Source of the DNA: an uncultured candidate division Zixibacteria bacterium
Lineage (GTDB): Bacteria > Zixibacteria > MSB-5A5 > GN15 > FEB-12
Reading direction: 5' to 3'
DNA length: 64,000 nucleotides
Assembly (NCBI GenBank): GCA_963806185.1
Contig: CAWDXE010000005.1
Coordinates: forward strand, 128,001-192,000
Shown: piece by piece, positions 44,222 through 54,523 of the stretch
How the letters are laid out: each line of letters opens with the position of its first letter
Numbering within the stretch: position 1 is the stretch's first letter
Translations under genes and position numbers: made by a program
The notes under the pieces: generated by a model
What the model was told of the DNA's origin: nothing
The model's database searches: none
Seen by the model: only the letters and a program-made list of their open reading frames with translations

Positions 44222-44771
44222 CTAGTGCACTTTCACTTTTTCGAGCTGATCACGGATCTGATCCAGACCATGCCGAACCGAACCGTCGATGATTTCGCCT
44301 TCCACCAGAACGATCATGCCGCCGAGGGTGGCGGGGTCGACCTTGCTTACGAGAATAATTTTGCGGCCGGTCTTTTGTTCCAGGCGCGCCGTAATCTTTG
44401 CCTGTTCGTCGGCAGTCAGCGGCACGGCGGTGATGACCTCGGCGCGGCTGATTCCCTTGGCATCTTCCACCAGGCGAATGAATTCGTCGATCATCAGCGG
44501 CAGGATAACGAATCCGTTGCTTCCGCAGCAGGACGAGCAGGAATTCGACAAAGAGCGGCTGCAGGCGCGTGCCGAAGGCCGTATGAATTAGTTCGATCTT
44601 CTGGCCGTCCGGCACCTGCGGCGCGTTCAGGAAATTCATGAGCGTATAGTCGATCGCCAGCAATTGCCGGACGCCGGCAAACTGTTCGTAGGCCTGATCG
44701 ATCAGATTGCGCTCTTTGGCCGACATAAACAGGCCATTGGCGTATTTGTGGGCGACTTCCTGCGTGATCAT
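44222..44771 (-). CDS. atpH: ATP synthase delta subunit (indel near 44510)
   Basis: VAHKYANGLF; VITAVPL..VDPATLGG..IDGSV. Confidence 0.93.
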
Positions 44772-44776
44772 TCCGC

Positions 44777-45259
44777 TTACGCTTTCTGTACGTCGTCGAT
44801 GAACCGCCCGATCAACTCACGTTGTTTCTGGTTGTCGAGGCGTTCGTGCAAAACTTTTTCCGCGGCCGACATGGTGATAGTCACCATTTCCTGCTTGAGC
44901 TGAACTTTCGCCTTGGCGATTTCGCGTTCTAACTCGGCGCGGTGTTTGGCCTGGAGATCCTTGATCTCGGCCTGGGCCGTGTGCTTGATTTCTTCGGCGA
45001 CCCGCTTCCCTTCGTCGACCGCTTTCACGATTTCGACGCGGCGTTCGGCTTCGATATCTTTCAGTTTGGCCTGGTACTGCGCGGTGAGATCGGCGACATT
45101 GGCTTTCTGCTTGTCTATGTCGGCGAACTCATTTTCAATACGCGCGCGCCGCTCTTCCATAAGGGCCAGGAGCGGTTTCCAGGCGTACCGCTTAAGAATC
45201 CAGACGGTGAGCAAGAAGCCGAGAAGGTGCGTAAAAAATAGCGACCATTCAATATGCAT
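44777..45259 (-). CDS. atpF: ATP synthase subunit b
   Basis: N-terminal TM, AWKPL..ER, coiled coil; operon position. Confidence 0.95.
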   Translation of the reverse strand: MHIEWSLFFTHLLGFLLTVWILKRYAWKPLLALMEERRARIENEFADIDKQKANVADLTAQYQAKLKDIEAERRVEIVKAVDEGKRVAEEIKHTAQAEIKDLQAKHRAELEREIAKAKVQLKQEMVTITMSAAEKVLHERLDNQKQRELIGRFIDDVQKA

Positions 45260-45328
45260 GCATACTCCTATGGTATTGTCGGCGGGGCGAGCGATGCGGC
45301 ACGCCCCGACCGAAAAACCATTTGTCCC

Positions 45329-45565
45329 TTACGACCCGATCTTCCCGGAAAGAATGAAGAACACGACCAGGGCGTAAATGGTGAGCGCTTCGATAAGCGC
45401 GGCGCCGATGATCATGGCGGTCTGAATCTTACCGGCGGCTTCGGGCTGACGGCCGATAGCTTCCATCGCGGAACCTACCGCACGCCCAAGACCGAGACCG
45501 GAACCGACTGCGGCCAGGCCGACACCCATCGGGAGCGCCCACGCCAACATTGCCTGATAATCCAT
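45329..45565 (-). CDS. atpE: ATP synthase subunit c
   Basis: [26 protein letters not shown]. Confidence 0.97.
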   Translation of the reverse strand: MDYQAMLAWALPMGVGLAAVGSGLGLGRAVGSAMEAIGRQPEAAGKIQTAMIIGAALIEALTIYALVVFFILSGKIGS

Positions 45566-45613
45566 TGTATCCTCCAAAGAGTAGCTATGTGAATCTTCTA
45601 TACTTCCAGCTCA

Positions 45614-46597
45614 TCAATGCGCGGCATGTTCCTCATGCGGCAGCATCATCAATATGTAAATGGTCGACAACAGCGTGAACACCAGCGCCTGAATGGTCGA
45701 CAGCAGAAGACCAAGAAAAATGAATGGTACGTTGAACGGCAACCCGATCGGCGAGTGAATAAATGACAGGGCCGTGACGCCAAGCCCGACAAACGAAGCC
45801 ACAAGAATATCCTCGCCGGTAATATTGCCGAAAAGTCGCAACGCGAGCGAACCCGGTTTGACCGCAAATTCGCCAAACAAGTGTATCGGGAATAGAATAA
45901 TTATCCCCAGCACCCACATAAAGATGCTTCTCGGCTCACCGGCCATATGATAAAGATATTTACCGAAGCCCATCTTCCTGATACCAGTATATTGAGCCAG
46001 GCAAACTACGCAAAGGGCCATCGAGCCCGTGACCTCCAACCTCACCGACGGCGAATGCCCGAGCGGGATGATGCCCCAGAGATTGTTCATTAGAATGTAG
46101 AAGAACAGCGTGCCCAGAAGCGGGATGTACTTCTTGGTGTCCTCGCCGAGAATCGAGTAAATGAAGTTGTACATCCCTTCCACCATCATCTCGACAAGGT
46201 TCTGCAGCTTGCCCGGTATCATCTTGCGGTGGCGATACACATGACCGCACACGAGTACAAAGAAGATCGATGTGGCAAAGGCAAAGATGATCGGCGCCCA
46301 GAGCTCCATCCACGCGTAGTCGTGGCCGAGCCACATGACGAGAAATGTGAAGATGCTCGGGAGCTCGTTCTTGTTCTCTTTCTTTTCACCACCCCCGTGC
46401 CCCTCACCGTGTGCTTCACCCGACGGTTCGGCGCCGGCTTGCGCATGCTCACCTTCAGTGGTGGCCGGCGCGAGAGTACTTGCCGAATCCGTAGTCGTCT
46501 GGTGCGTGGTATCATGGGCAGTCTCTTGCGCCAGCACAAATGCTAGCGGCAGAGCAATGAACAGGCATATCGAGAGAACGATCAGAATCTTTTTCAC
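45614..46597 (-). CDS. atpB: ATP synthase subunit a with N-terminal signal-like helix and His/Glu-rich extension
   Basis: PGKLQN, SLALRLFGNI, IQALVFTLL; GTG start 46597. Confidence 0.95.
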   Translation of the reverse strand: MKKILIVLSICLFIALPLAFVLAQETAHDTTHQTTTDSASTLAPATTEGEHAQAGAEPSGEAHGEGHGGGEKKENKNELPSIFTFLVMWLGHDYAWMELWAPIIFAFATSIFFVLVCGHVYRHRKMIPGKLQNLVEMMVEGMYNFIYSILGEDTKKYIPLLGTLFFYILMNNLWGIIPLGHSPSVRLEVTGSMALCVVCLAQYTGIRKMGFGKYLYHMAGEPRSIFMWVLGIIILFPIHLFGEFAVKPGSLALRLFGNITGEDILVASFVGLGVTALSFIHSPIGLPFNVPFIFLGLLLSTIQALVFTLLSTIYILMMLPHEEHAAH

Positions 46598-46994
46598 AGT
46601 GTCCCCTGAAGGGTCTTGGCGGCCGGCTTGTCCAGTCCCATGAACAAACGACCGAGAGCTTTGAGCACCATGATCACGAGGACGATGGAGAATCCGGTCA
46701 GCAGAGTGCATCGGTTGGAAGTCCCGGACTTTCAGAAGGAAATATCCGGCCACATATAGGAACGGGAAATTTGATAAGCAGGACGGCGATGGCGGTCATC
46801 TTGTCCGCGCCCTCCGGACGGAGGGTCGCCTTAACCAAGCCGGTGAGAAACAGCAGATTGAGCATCCCCCACACCGCTCCGGAAAACGCGGCCAGCGTAG
46901 GCCATACTCCGAAATAATACAGGGAAAACGGCAGGAGCACGAGGATGACAATTCCAGTGGTGCGGAGAGTGCGATCTATAAAGTCCAGGCCCAT
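46594..46994 (-). CDS. atpI: ATP synthase protein I (indels near 46765 and 46705)
   Basis: About 4-TM protein directly upstream of atpB. Confidence 0.7.
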
Positions 46995-47264
46995 TTACGA
47001 GTCGTCCCGATCACGCTTTTCGAGTGCTTCAGACTTCTTGACCAAGTTATAAATTTCACGAGCGGCGGCGGCAAAACCGAACACAACGCCCGCTATCATC
47101 AAATACGGTTCGGTACCGAACCGCCCGTCGGCCCAACGGCCGATAAAAAATCCAACCAAGGGAGCGGCGACGAGAATCGCCGGTACTGCCGCCAGGAGGG
47201 AGATTTGTGCGTAAGACGAATCCCTCTTATCCTTCTGTGGCGACCCGAAAGGGGACATCAGCAA
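46995..47264 (-). CDS. AtpZ/AtpI-family 2-TM protein
   Basis: GFFIGRWADGRFGTEP; first gene of the atp operon. Confidence 0.88.
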   Translation of the reverse strand: MLMSPFGSPQKDKRDSSYAQISLLAAVPAILVAAPLVGFFIGRWADGRFGTEPYLMIAGVVFGFAAAAREIYNLVKKSEALEKRDRDDS

Positions 47265-47290
47265 CCCCTTCTCTTCATTTTAATGGCGGC

Positions 47291-47318
47291 AATATATTGG
47301 CGGGGTAGGGGTTGTCAA
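47291..47318 (-). promoter_or_regulatory. Sigma70-type promoter of the atp operon
   Basis: TTGACA-N16-TATATT on the minus strand. Confidence 0.55.
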
Positions 47319-47480
47319 AGCATTTTTTGACCGCACACCATCCGGGCCCGCCATCGCACACTATTGTCGGCTACATAACGGCACCGGCTTGAGGCGGGTT
47401 CCAAAAAATGAGAAACCGTCTTGTATTATCAATCGAAGAAGTGTAAAATACAGACCTTGGCGTACTCTCCAGGAGGAAAA

Positions 47481-48143
47481 GTGAACTCAGGAATTCTATT
47501 GCCGCTGGCGGCCCTATGCTTGCTGACCGCCTGTTCGGGCACAAAAGAGGACACGAAAATGCAGGTGGAGAATACCACCGCGGCGGGTGACACGTTGTCG
47601 CATCAGGACTTATATCATCAGGCGGCCGTGGAGTTGGTGGGGCGCTTTTCTCGAGATTTGCGGACCGAGCTACTGGCGGCGATCAAGGACAGCGGCTCGG
47701 CGGCCGGGGCACTGCGCGTCTGCCGGACCAAGGCGCCGGAGCTTGTCCTGGCGCACTCAATCGGGGGTTGGAGAATTCGCCGCGTGACCGACCGTCCGCG
47801 CAACCCCGCCGACCTGATTTCAATTGAACAGTCCGACATTCTTGCCAAGTTCGCCGATGCCGAGCAGGCGCCGCCGTTCGTGGAGGAGTGGTTGGGCACG
47901 GACAATATGCGCACCTACCGTTTCTATACGCCGATCCGGACCGCAACCTTCTGCCTGAACTGCCATGGCGATGAGAATTCGCTGGCCCCCGGTGTGGCGG
48001 CGGCACTCGATACGCTTTATCCGGACGATAAGGCGGTGGGGTACACCGACGACCAATTGCGGGGTATGTTTGTCGTGGAAGCCGGCTACCCGCAAGGGCT
48101 TGACGGGGCCAGGACACTGGTCGCCGCTCGCGATACTCTGTAA
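47481..48143 (+). CDS. DUF3365/Tll0287-like c-type cytochrome lipoprotein
   Basis: AGGAGG RBS plus GTG; lipobox LTAC; RPRNP; CLNCHG; YPDDKAVGY..LRG. Confidence 0.85.
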   Translation: MNSGILLPLAALCLLTACSGTKEDTKMQVENTTAAGDTLSHQDLYHQAAVELVGRFSRDLRTELLAAIKDSGSAAGALRVCRTKAPELVLAHSIGGWRIRRVTDRPRNPADLISIEQSDILAKFADAEQAPPFVEEWLGTDNMRTYRFYTPIRTATFCLNCHGDENSLAPGVAAALDTLYPDDKAVGYTDDQLRGMFVVEAGYPQGLDGARTLVAARDTL

Positions 48144-48167
48144 TACACATTATATAGGTGATTCGGC

Positions 48168-48788
48168 ATGCAGTTCTACCCCTTCTACCGCCAGGACGAC
48201 CCCGCTCAGGTCGAGTGTCTGATCCACTCCCAGGTGTCGTGCAATTTGCTCACGACATCGAAAGCCGGAATGATCCACAACGGGATATTCAATCACGATC
48301 ATCTTGACGGGAAGATCGTCCTGCATCTAAATAAGACAGACGAGCAGGTGGCCGATTTGAAAGTCAATCCCCAGGCGACGGTGGCTTTTCAGGATCTGTT
48401 ATGTTTGATCCCTTCCTATTGGGTCGATGCGCAGTACGGCGGGGCGGCAACCATGTATTATCGGTACGCCGAGTTCACCTGCGATGCGATACTCGAGGAC
48501 AATCCGCAGAAGATGCAGGCGTTGCTGCAAACGTTGATGGATCGCTACCAACCCGAGGGGCACTACCAGGCGCTCGATCCGAAAGATCCGATCTACAAAG
48601 CCAGTTTCTCGACGCTCACGATGGTGACGCTGACGCCGGTATCATCGAGGACGAAATGGAAGCTGGGGCAGAACAAGACGATGGAACAGCGTCTCAATGT
48701 CCTGACCGAACTTCGCAAACGCGGAACAGCCGGGGATCTTCGCGCGGCCGACGAGGTCGAGCGCTGGCTGAAGGCGCACGGGGAGTGA
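48168..48788 (+). CDS. PaiB-like FMN-binding split-barrel protein
   Basis: IPSYW, KWKLGQNK. Confidence 0.75.
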   Translation: MQFYPFYRQDDPAQVECLIHSQVSCNLLTTSKAGMIHNGIFNHDHLDGKIVLHLNKTDEQVADLKVNPQATVAFQDLLCLIPSYWVDAQYGGAATMYYRYAEFTCDAILEDNPQKMQALLQTLMDRYQPEGHYQALDPKDPIYKASFSTLTMVTLTPVSSRTKWKLGQNKTMEQRLNVLTELRKRGTAGDLRAADEVERWLKAHGE

Positions 48789-48906
48789 CGTGCGGCCCGG
48801 TCGCATGCACATCTGACGATAATGTTGAGAGTAGTTGTCTGTGAATTCGCCTCGTAGGAAAAACGGGCGCAAATGTCACATCTTTCTCCGACCGGTTTTT
48901 TTCCAC

Positions 48907-48935
48907 TTGACAACGCCTAGCTTTTTCTCCATGAT
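48907..48935 (+). promoter_or_regulatory. Sigma70-type promoter
   Basis: TTGACA-N17-CATGAT. Confidence 0.55.
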
Positions 48936-48956
48936 TGGAGTGTCTGGGAGGAATCT

Positions 48957-50009
48957 ATGCCCTCAATATTACTCTTCGCTCTGTTCACCGTCGGCTGTCT
49001 TTTGGTCGGCTGCAGTGAAGATGATGTGCCGGTGGTAACACAGCCGGTGACTTCGTATCCTTACCGCTCCATTCACGTTCTTGACAGTGGGCAGTATGTG
49101 CTCGCTCGCTCAGTTAATACTCACCCTGTCGACCCTGTTCAGCATGAGACGTACGTCTACCGAGAAAAGGTGCTTGGCGAGCCATTCATCGACTACAACG
49201 GCAACGGCGTCTATGACCGGGGCGTCGACGGTTTCATAATCGGTGTCGGACCGGACAATCAGGATTTGAATCATAATGGTACGTATGACGGCCCGGACAG
49301 CTATTGGACTCCGGGCGTACCCTTTGACGATCTGGATGGCGACGGTGAACCGCGCGACGACGGATATCCCAATTATGCCTTCTGGACCCCCGGCACACCG
49401 TATTGTGATTACAACGGCAATGGAAAGTGGGATGCTGACCTGGCGTATTGGTACGACATGGTGGAGTGTATCGCAGGAGATAGTGCACATGGGCGGTGGT
49501 ATCGTTTGTACCGGGTGGGAGAGGCGTATCATTTCAAGTCGGATTCCGGTGTGGACTATTTTCTGCCCGGCGGCAGCACTATAGCATATTCGCCGGAATA
49601 CATCAGGGACCTTATGCTAGTGACTGACTCGTCGATCTGCTGGTTGGATTTCGACGGGGCTATCGCCATATTTGACAGCGGGACAATCAGGCCTGAAACG
49701 ACCGTGGTTCAGACGGTGACCTTTCAGAGTGATAATTGGCAGCCACATGCTACCCGAATTACCACTTTTGGTCAGCAACTCACTGTTGATGGACAAACAT
49801 ACAGTGACCTCATCAAAGTCCGGCTTGAGAATTTCCTTTTCAGTGATCCCGGCCTGACGACGCACTATCGCCTGACGTACCGTGAGTTCTATTTTTCGCC
49901 GACCATGGGTCTGATGGCGATACTTGGCAAGTCGGAATCGGACGGAGATGTTTTCGAGCTCTACTTCGTGGAGCGGTATGCCTCTCTGCCTCTGCCTATG
50001 AAGAGATAG
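48957..50009 (+). CDS. Lipoprotein with DxNxNG putative Ca-binding repeats
   Basis: Lipobox LVGC; DYNGNGVYD, DLNHNGTYD, DLDGDG, DYNGNGKWD. Confidence 0.7.
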   Translation: MPSILLFALFTVGCLLVGCSEDDVPVVTQPVTSYPYRSIHVLDSGQYVLARSVNTHPVDPVQHETYVYREKVLGEPFIDYNGNGVYDRGVDGFIIGVGPDNQDLNHNGTYDGPDSYWTPGVPFDDLDGDGEPRDDGYPNYAFWTPGTPYCDYNGNGKWDADLAYWYDMVECIAGDSAHGRWYRLYRVGEAYHFKSDSGVDYFLPGGSTIAYSPEYIRDLMLVTDSSICWLDFDGAIAIFDSGTIRPETTVVQTVTFQSDNWQPHATRITTFGQQLTVDGQTYSDLIKVRLENFLFSDPGLTTHYRLTYREFYFSPTMGLMAILGKSESDGDVFELYFVERYASLPLPMKR

Positions 50010-50049
50010 CCGGCTTGTCCTTTTGGGTCCTGTCGCATATCTTGCCCGC

Positions 50050-50433
50050 ATGACCCTACAGGAACGAATGACTGCATCGGAGACCCGCGTTGTAAAGGCG
50101 GTGTTTCCTCATACTACCAATCACTACGACACGCTTTTCGGCGGGACCGCCCTGCAATGGATGGATGAGATTGCGTTTATCACCGCCACTCGTTTCAGCC
50201 GGCAGGAGTATGTGACGGTTTCGCTCGACCGGATCGATTTCACCAAACCGATTCCGTCGGGCACGATGGTTGAGTTGATCGGCCGGGTGTCGAAAGTCGG
50301 GAATACCAGTATTGAAATCACGGTGGAAGTATATGTCGAAGGGATGTTTTCGGATGTGCGGACGCTGGCGATCAATGGACGGTTCACGATGGTAGCGGTC
50401 GACGAGCATGGAAAGCCGGCGAAGGTGAAATAG
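50050..50433 (+). CDS. Acyl-CoA thioesterase (hotdog fold, YciA-like)
   Basis: NHYDTLFGG..WMDEIA, VGNTSI. Confidence 0.92.
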   Translation: MTLQERMTASETRVVKAVFPHTTNHYDTLFGGTALQWMDEIAFITATRFSRQEYVTVSLDRIDFTKPIPSGTMVELIGRVSKVGNTSIEITVEVYVEGMFSDVRTLAINGRFTMVAVDEHGKPAKVK

Positions 50434-50464
50434 CGGCGACGCGAGGGTTCTGCCGCCAGTTTCC

Positions 50465-50956
50465 CGTCAGGTCACACGCCTCGCGGACTCGGCGCAGGAT
50501 CTGACGGAACAAAAGTGATTCCGATCATCGCCGCCCCGAGCGGAGACGAGGGGCGATGAGTCTCCGTGTCAAAACCACAGAGGTTTTGACCTACCCTCTT
50601 CTGTGCCTGACGCAACAAAGTCACACTCATCTCTTACTCCCTTTCATTTAGGGAGAGGGTTGGGGTGAGGGCCGATCGGGAGAGATGCGGTATCGCACTT
50701 CGACTTCGCTCAGTGCGACGCTTTGCGGCATGGGGCGGTAATAGGGCGTCAGGATTGCATACTTAGTATTCCGGCAGCATCCGCCCGCTCAGAAGCGGGC
50801 ATCGATGCTGCCATACTTCAAGTCACTGCACAGACAGATTTGCGGACAGAAAGCACAAGATGCGGCTGGCGCACGAGACGTACGCCAGCCATTGTCATTT
50901 GGGTATTCGTGAACATCGAGATGCTGAAGCCGCTGAGAAGCGGCTTCAGCATGACA
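50465..50956. repeat. Cluster of REP-like palindromes
   Basis: Elements at 50465-50505, about 50529-50557, 50568-50594, 50637-50671, 50698-50716, 50773-50812, 50864-50890, 50913-50956. Confidence 0.85.
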
Positions 50957-50992
50957 ATATTTCGCCGGTAGGCCGATGTGGCAGGGTTCCAT

Positions 50993-52156
50993 CTACTTCA
51001 GATCCATCACCCAGTCGGCGATGAAAACGTTGGTCTCCCCCGGCCTGGCGTCATTACGATTGGATTCGAACACCAGCTTCTTGCCGTCGTGAGAAAACAT
51101 CGGGAAACCGTCAAATGTATCGTTAAACGTCACCTGCTCAATTTGCTTCGTCTGGATATCAATCAGGAAATTGTCGAAATTGCGGCCACGCGGGTCGTTC
51201 ATGTTGGAACAGAAAATGACGTGCCGCCCGTCGGGATGGAAATACGGCGCAAAGTTGGCCGCACCGTTTGACGTAAGCTGGATCGGTTTACGGTCCTTGA
51301 GATTCATTACATAGATTTCCAGTTTGCTCGGGCGAATCAAGCCTTCTTTGAGAAGCGATTGATACTCCGCCAACGATTCACCAGTAGGGCGAGACGCCCG
51401 CCAGACAATCCACTGGCCATCGAATGAAAACCAGGCCCCGCCGTCATACCCGGGCCAGTCGGTGATCTGCTCGACATTCTTGCCGTCGGGATCCATCGTG
51501 TAGAGCTCAAGATCGCCGGAGCGGACGGACGTGAACAAGATCTTCTTGCCGTCGACCGACCAGACGCACTCTGCATCGTAGCCGGGGGTATCGGTCAGAC
51601 GGACCGGATTGGAGCCGTCAATATTGGCCTTGAAGATATCGTACGCTTTGTAAAGCGCCCACACGTAGCCGCGCGACATATCCGGCTTGGGCGGGCAGGC
51701 AGAGTCAACGAGGTGGGTCGAGGCATAGATGATCGATTTGCCGTCGGGCGAGATCATCGAGCAGGTGGTGGCGCCCCGGCCGGTCGACACCATTTTGACA
51801 TTCGCGCCGTCGGCATTCATCGTATAGATGGCGTCGCACCCGCGGCCGTCGCGCGAGGACTGAAAGCTAAGCATGGAAGCGTCGTGGTTGAAATACGCCT
51901 CGGCGTTTTCGCCACCAAAAGTGAGTTGGCGGACGTTGCGTAGATGGGTTTCCTGCGGGAGAGCGAACGTCGTCGGTTCGAGCACCGGCGGAGTCGGTTT
52001 GGTGGCCGGCTTGGCGGAAGCGGGATTCGTGATTTCCAGGGCGGGGTCGCGGGGGGCCGAGTCGATCACCGGTTTGTTGACCTGGGCTATCGCCATAAGG
52101 CCGGAGATGCCGCCCACCAGCAGTCCGCCCATCATCAATTTGCCTATAAGATTCAC
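50993..52156 (-). CDS. Exported TolB-like PD40 beta-propeller protein
   Basis: RQLTFGGENAEAYF, LTDTPGYDAE, FAPYFHPDG, FPMFSHDGKK. Confidence 0.88.
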   Translation of the reverse strand: MNLIGKLMMGGLLVGGISGLMAIAQVNKPVIDSAPRDPALEITNPASAKPATKPTPPVLEPTTFALPQETHLRNVRQLTFGGENAEAYFNHDASMLSFQSSRDGRGCDAIYTMNADGANVKMVSTGRGATTCSMISPDGKSIIYASTHLVDSACPPKPDMSRGYVWALYKAYDIFKANIDGSNPVRLTDTPGYDAECVWSVDGKKILFTSVRSGDLELYTMDPDGKNVEQITDWPGYDGGAWFSFDGQWIVWRASRPTGESLAEYQSLLKEGLIRPSKLEIYVMNLKDRKPIQLTSNGAANFAPYFHPDGRHVIFCSNMNDPRGRNFDNFLIDIQTKQIEQVTFNDTFDGFPMFSHDGKKLVFESNRNDARPGETNVFIADWVMDLK

Positions 52157-52304
52157 GGTTGGCTAATCCTTTCCCTCTCAGCTATGTGTCCGGATATGGT
52201 CTAAAGATGTTGTAACACCAAGAGGTTGGCAAGTTCCCAATTGGGCAAAATCTATTCATCCGGGGCTTGTGTTCCCTAATTGGACCGATTAAGTTTATCT
52301 TAGT

Positions 52305-53228
52305 ATGTTGTCACGGGTCTCACACTTCATTATCGCGGCGGTAATAGTCATGGCAGCAACACATTCAGTCGACGGCTTCGATCTGGACAGCCTGTGGAAC
52401 TTTGACGATCCGGCGGCCTCCGAACAGAGTTTCCGCGCTGCTCTTCCGGCCCACTCGAATGATCTCAGTTTGACGCTGGAGATCAAGACGCAGATCGCCC
52501 GCACGCTGGGCTTGCGCCAGCAATTCGATCACGCCCATGCAGTGCTCGACTCGGTGGAAGGCCAGTTGGACAAGGTGGATGAGCGGGTGCGGGTGCGGTA
52601 TCTGCTGGAGCGGGGTCGCGTGTTCAATTCGTCAAATCAGCAGGACAAGGCCACACCGCTTTTTGCCGAAGCACTAAAGGTAGCGCAGGCGGCGAGCATT
52701 GATTTCCTCGCAGTTGACGCGGCCCATATGCTGGGAATTGCCGCCCCGACCGATGAACGGATGAAATGGAATCTGAAAGCGCTCAAGCTGGCGGAGGCGT
52801 CGCAGGAACCGAAAGCGCGCAAGTGGTGCGGGTCGCTGTACAACAATATCGGCTGGACATACTTCGAGGAAAAGAAATATGACTCGGCGCTGGCGATGTT
52901 TGAGAAGGCGGTGACGTTCCGGGTTGCTCAGCAGAAGCCGACCGAAGTCCGGATTGCGAAATGGTGTGTGGCGAAGGCGCTCCGGTACCTGAACAAGGTG
53001 GATTCGGCGTTGGCGATGCAGCAGCAGTTGCTGAAGGACTGGGAAGCGTCGAGCGAAAAAGCCGATGGGTACGTGTATGAAGAGATCGGCGAGTGCCTGT
53101 TGATCAAGGGGAAGGCGGGCGATGCGAAGCCGTATTTTGCGAAAGCGTACGAATTGTTGTCGGCTGATCCGTGGTTGAGTCGCGACGAGCCTGACAGGTT
53201 GGCGCGGTTGAAGGAGCTGGGGGGCTGA
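52305..53228 (+). CDS. TPR-repeat protein
   Basis: SLWNFDDPAASE, LERGRVFNS, SLYNNIGW, YVYEEIGE. Confidence 0.8.
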   Translation: MLSRVSHFIIAAVIVMAATHSVDGFDLDSLWNFDDPAASEQSFRAALPAHSNDLSLTLEIKTQIARTLGLRQQFDHAHAVLDSVEGQLDKVDERVRVRYLLERGRVFNSSNQQDKATPLFAEALKVAQAASIDFLAVDAAHMLGIAAPTDERMKWNLKALKLAEASQEPKARKWCGSLYNNIGWTYFEEKKYDSALAMFEKAVTFRVAQQKPTEVRIAKWCVAKALRYLNKVDSALAMQQQLLKDWEASSEKADGYVYEEIGECLLIKGKAGDAKPYFAKAYELLSADPWLSRDEPDRLARLKELGG

Positions 53229-53279
53229 AGTGATGGTTTTAATAGGCTGGAAGCGAGACCGTCTTGTGATTGCCGAAAC

Positions 53280-53525
53280 TCAACGGAGTTGCCCATGAAC
53301 CTCCGCAATAAGCCGCTCGTAGTCGGCTGCAATTGATTCGGCTTCTGCTGCGTCGTTGCATTCTTCGATTACAAAGAACTCATCATCAATTTCTTCGCCA
53401 TTCATGTAGCTGGCCGTTTTCTTCCAGGCATCGCATCTGACTTCCAGCGCGCTGAGAATTTGAGAAACATCAGCTCGTAACAGTCTCAGAGTACATAATG
53501 CTTCTGCCACTGACAGTCCCCCCAC
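53280..53525 (-). CDS. Small acidic helical protein B
   Basis: 81-aa ORF co-oriented with the HNH gene; aligns without gaps to its neighbour; start may be the GTG near 53510. Confidence 0.6.
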   Translation of the reverse strand: MGGLSVAEALCTLRLLRADVSQILSALEVRCDAWKKTASYMNGEEIDDEFFVIEECNDAAEAESIAADYERLIAEVHGQLR

Positions 53526-53537
53526 CCCTCGAATTTC

Positions 53538-53762
53538 TCATTCGAGATCCACGAGTAGGCGTTTTAGGGCCCATATGTTGTCATGTATTAGATTCTCGTC
53601 ACTGCAATCGTAGGGGATGATTCCAGCAGAAGGATCATAAGCGCTGTTCATGACATCTTCCGATGCGCGCCACATGCTCAACTCCGTGGTGACCAGATTC
53701 CGCAGCACCAATATCTGGCGCTCACTCAGTCGTGTGATTGGCAAATGTTGTGTCATCTTCAC
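53538..53762 (-). CDS. Small acidic helical protein A
   Basis: GTGA overlap with the HNH stop codon; aligns to 53280..53525. Confidence 0.6.
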   Translation of the reverse strand: MKMTQHLPITRLSERQILVLRNLVTTELSMWRASEDVMNSAYDPSAGIIPYDCSDENLIHDNIWALKRLLVDLE

Positions 53763-54523
53763 CCCAAAAATATGTGTTCTCGATGGTACGCCAGGGCTGC
53801 TCCGTCGGGCGAAAAACGGTCTGGCAACTGGATAGTCACACCGCGAACGTCGTGGAGTCCGACTCTCACCAACCCCGACGCGGATTTCTTTGTCGCCTGT
53901 TTAGACAAGATAACCTGCAAAGAGTCATCCAAACTCATAAGGCCCCTGTCGAACGCACGATCGTGAAACGCGCAAAGGGAAATGCCATTGGTAGGGTCTG
54001 CTCTCCTTCCGATATCAATGGACCATGGGACTATGTGACTAGCAAATAGCAACTCTGGAAGCTCAAGGCGACAAACCGCACACCGAAAATCATAACCCGA
54101 AAGAACGGTGGCGCGAAAGAAGCTTTGGACAAGCCGGACCTTTCTCACGGCAAGCGATTCCGTTTTCCGCTGACCACGAAGATCGTTTCGAGAACCTTCC
54201 TCCAAAATGGGAATATTCAGAGATGATCTGATTCTAGACACATCATGGACAAAATCGGACCATTGTCCGGTATAGGTACTCCAGACTTCTCTATCCGCAC
54301 GACTCACGTTTTTCAAACCCTTTATGCCGCGCGCCTTCTGAATAGGATCAAGGCTAGCAAAATTGACGAGCTTCATAGCCAGTGCACCAGGAGTTCTGCC
54401 GATCGTCTTAGCCAACTCCATGATCTTAGGATTGTTGCTATGGAGCTTCCCGAAGGGGGTTCTGCAATACAAGTCAAAGGCGAGAATCAGTTGTTCACGA
54501 CTCCAACTCAAACTGCTGCGCAT
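53759..54523 (-). CDS. HNH endonuclease (predicted restriction endonuclease, COG3440-like)
   Basis: N-terminal WSREQLILAFDLY..GRTPGALAMKLVNF; QSFFR..CAVC..ASHIVPW..NGISLCAFHDRAFDRG. Confidence 0.9.
   Translation of the reverse strand: MRSSLSWSREQLILAFDLYCRTPFGKLHSNNPKIMELAKTIGRTPGALAMKLVNFASLDPIQKARGIKGLKNVSRADREVWSTYTGQWSDFVHDVSRIRSSLNIPILEEGSRNDLRGQRKTESLAVRKVRLVQSFFRATVLSGYDFRCAVCRLELPELLFASHIVPWSIDIGRRADPTNGISLCAFHDRAFDRGLMSLDDSLQVILSKQATKKSASGLVRVGLHDVRGVTIQLPDRFSPDGAALAYHREHIFLG

Noticed and set aside
52213..52237. Second target promoter of the ECF sigma upstream of the TolB-like gene
   Set aside because: GGAAC-N16-GTT is 2 nt shorter than the motif at 325-350; cannot be assigned
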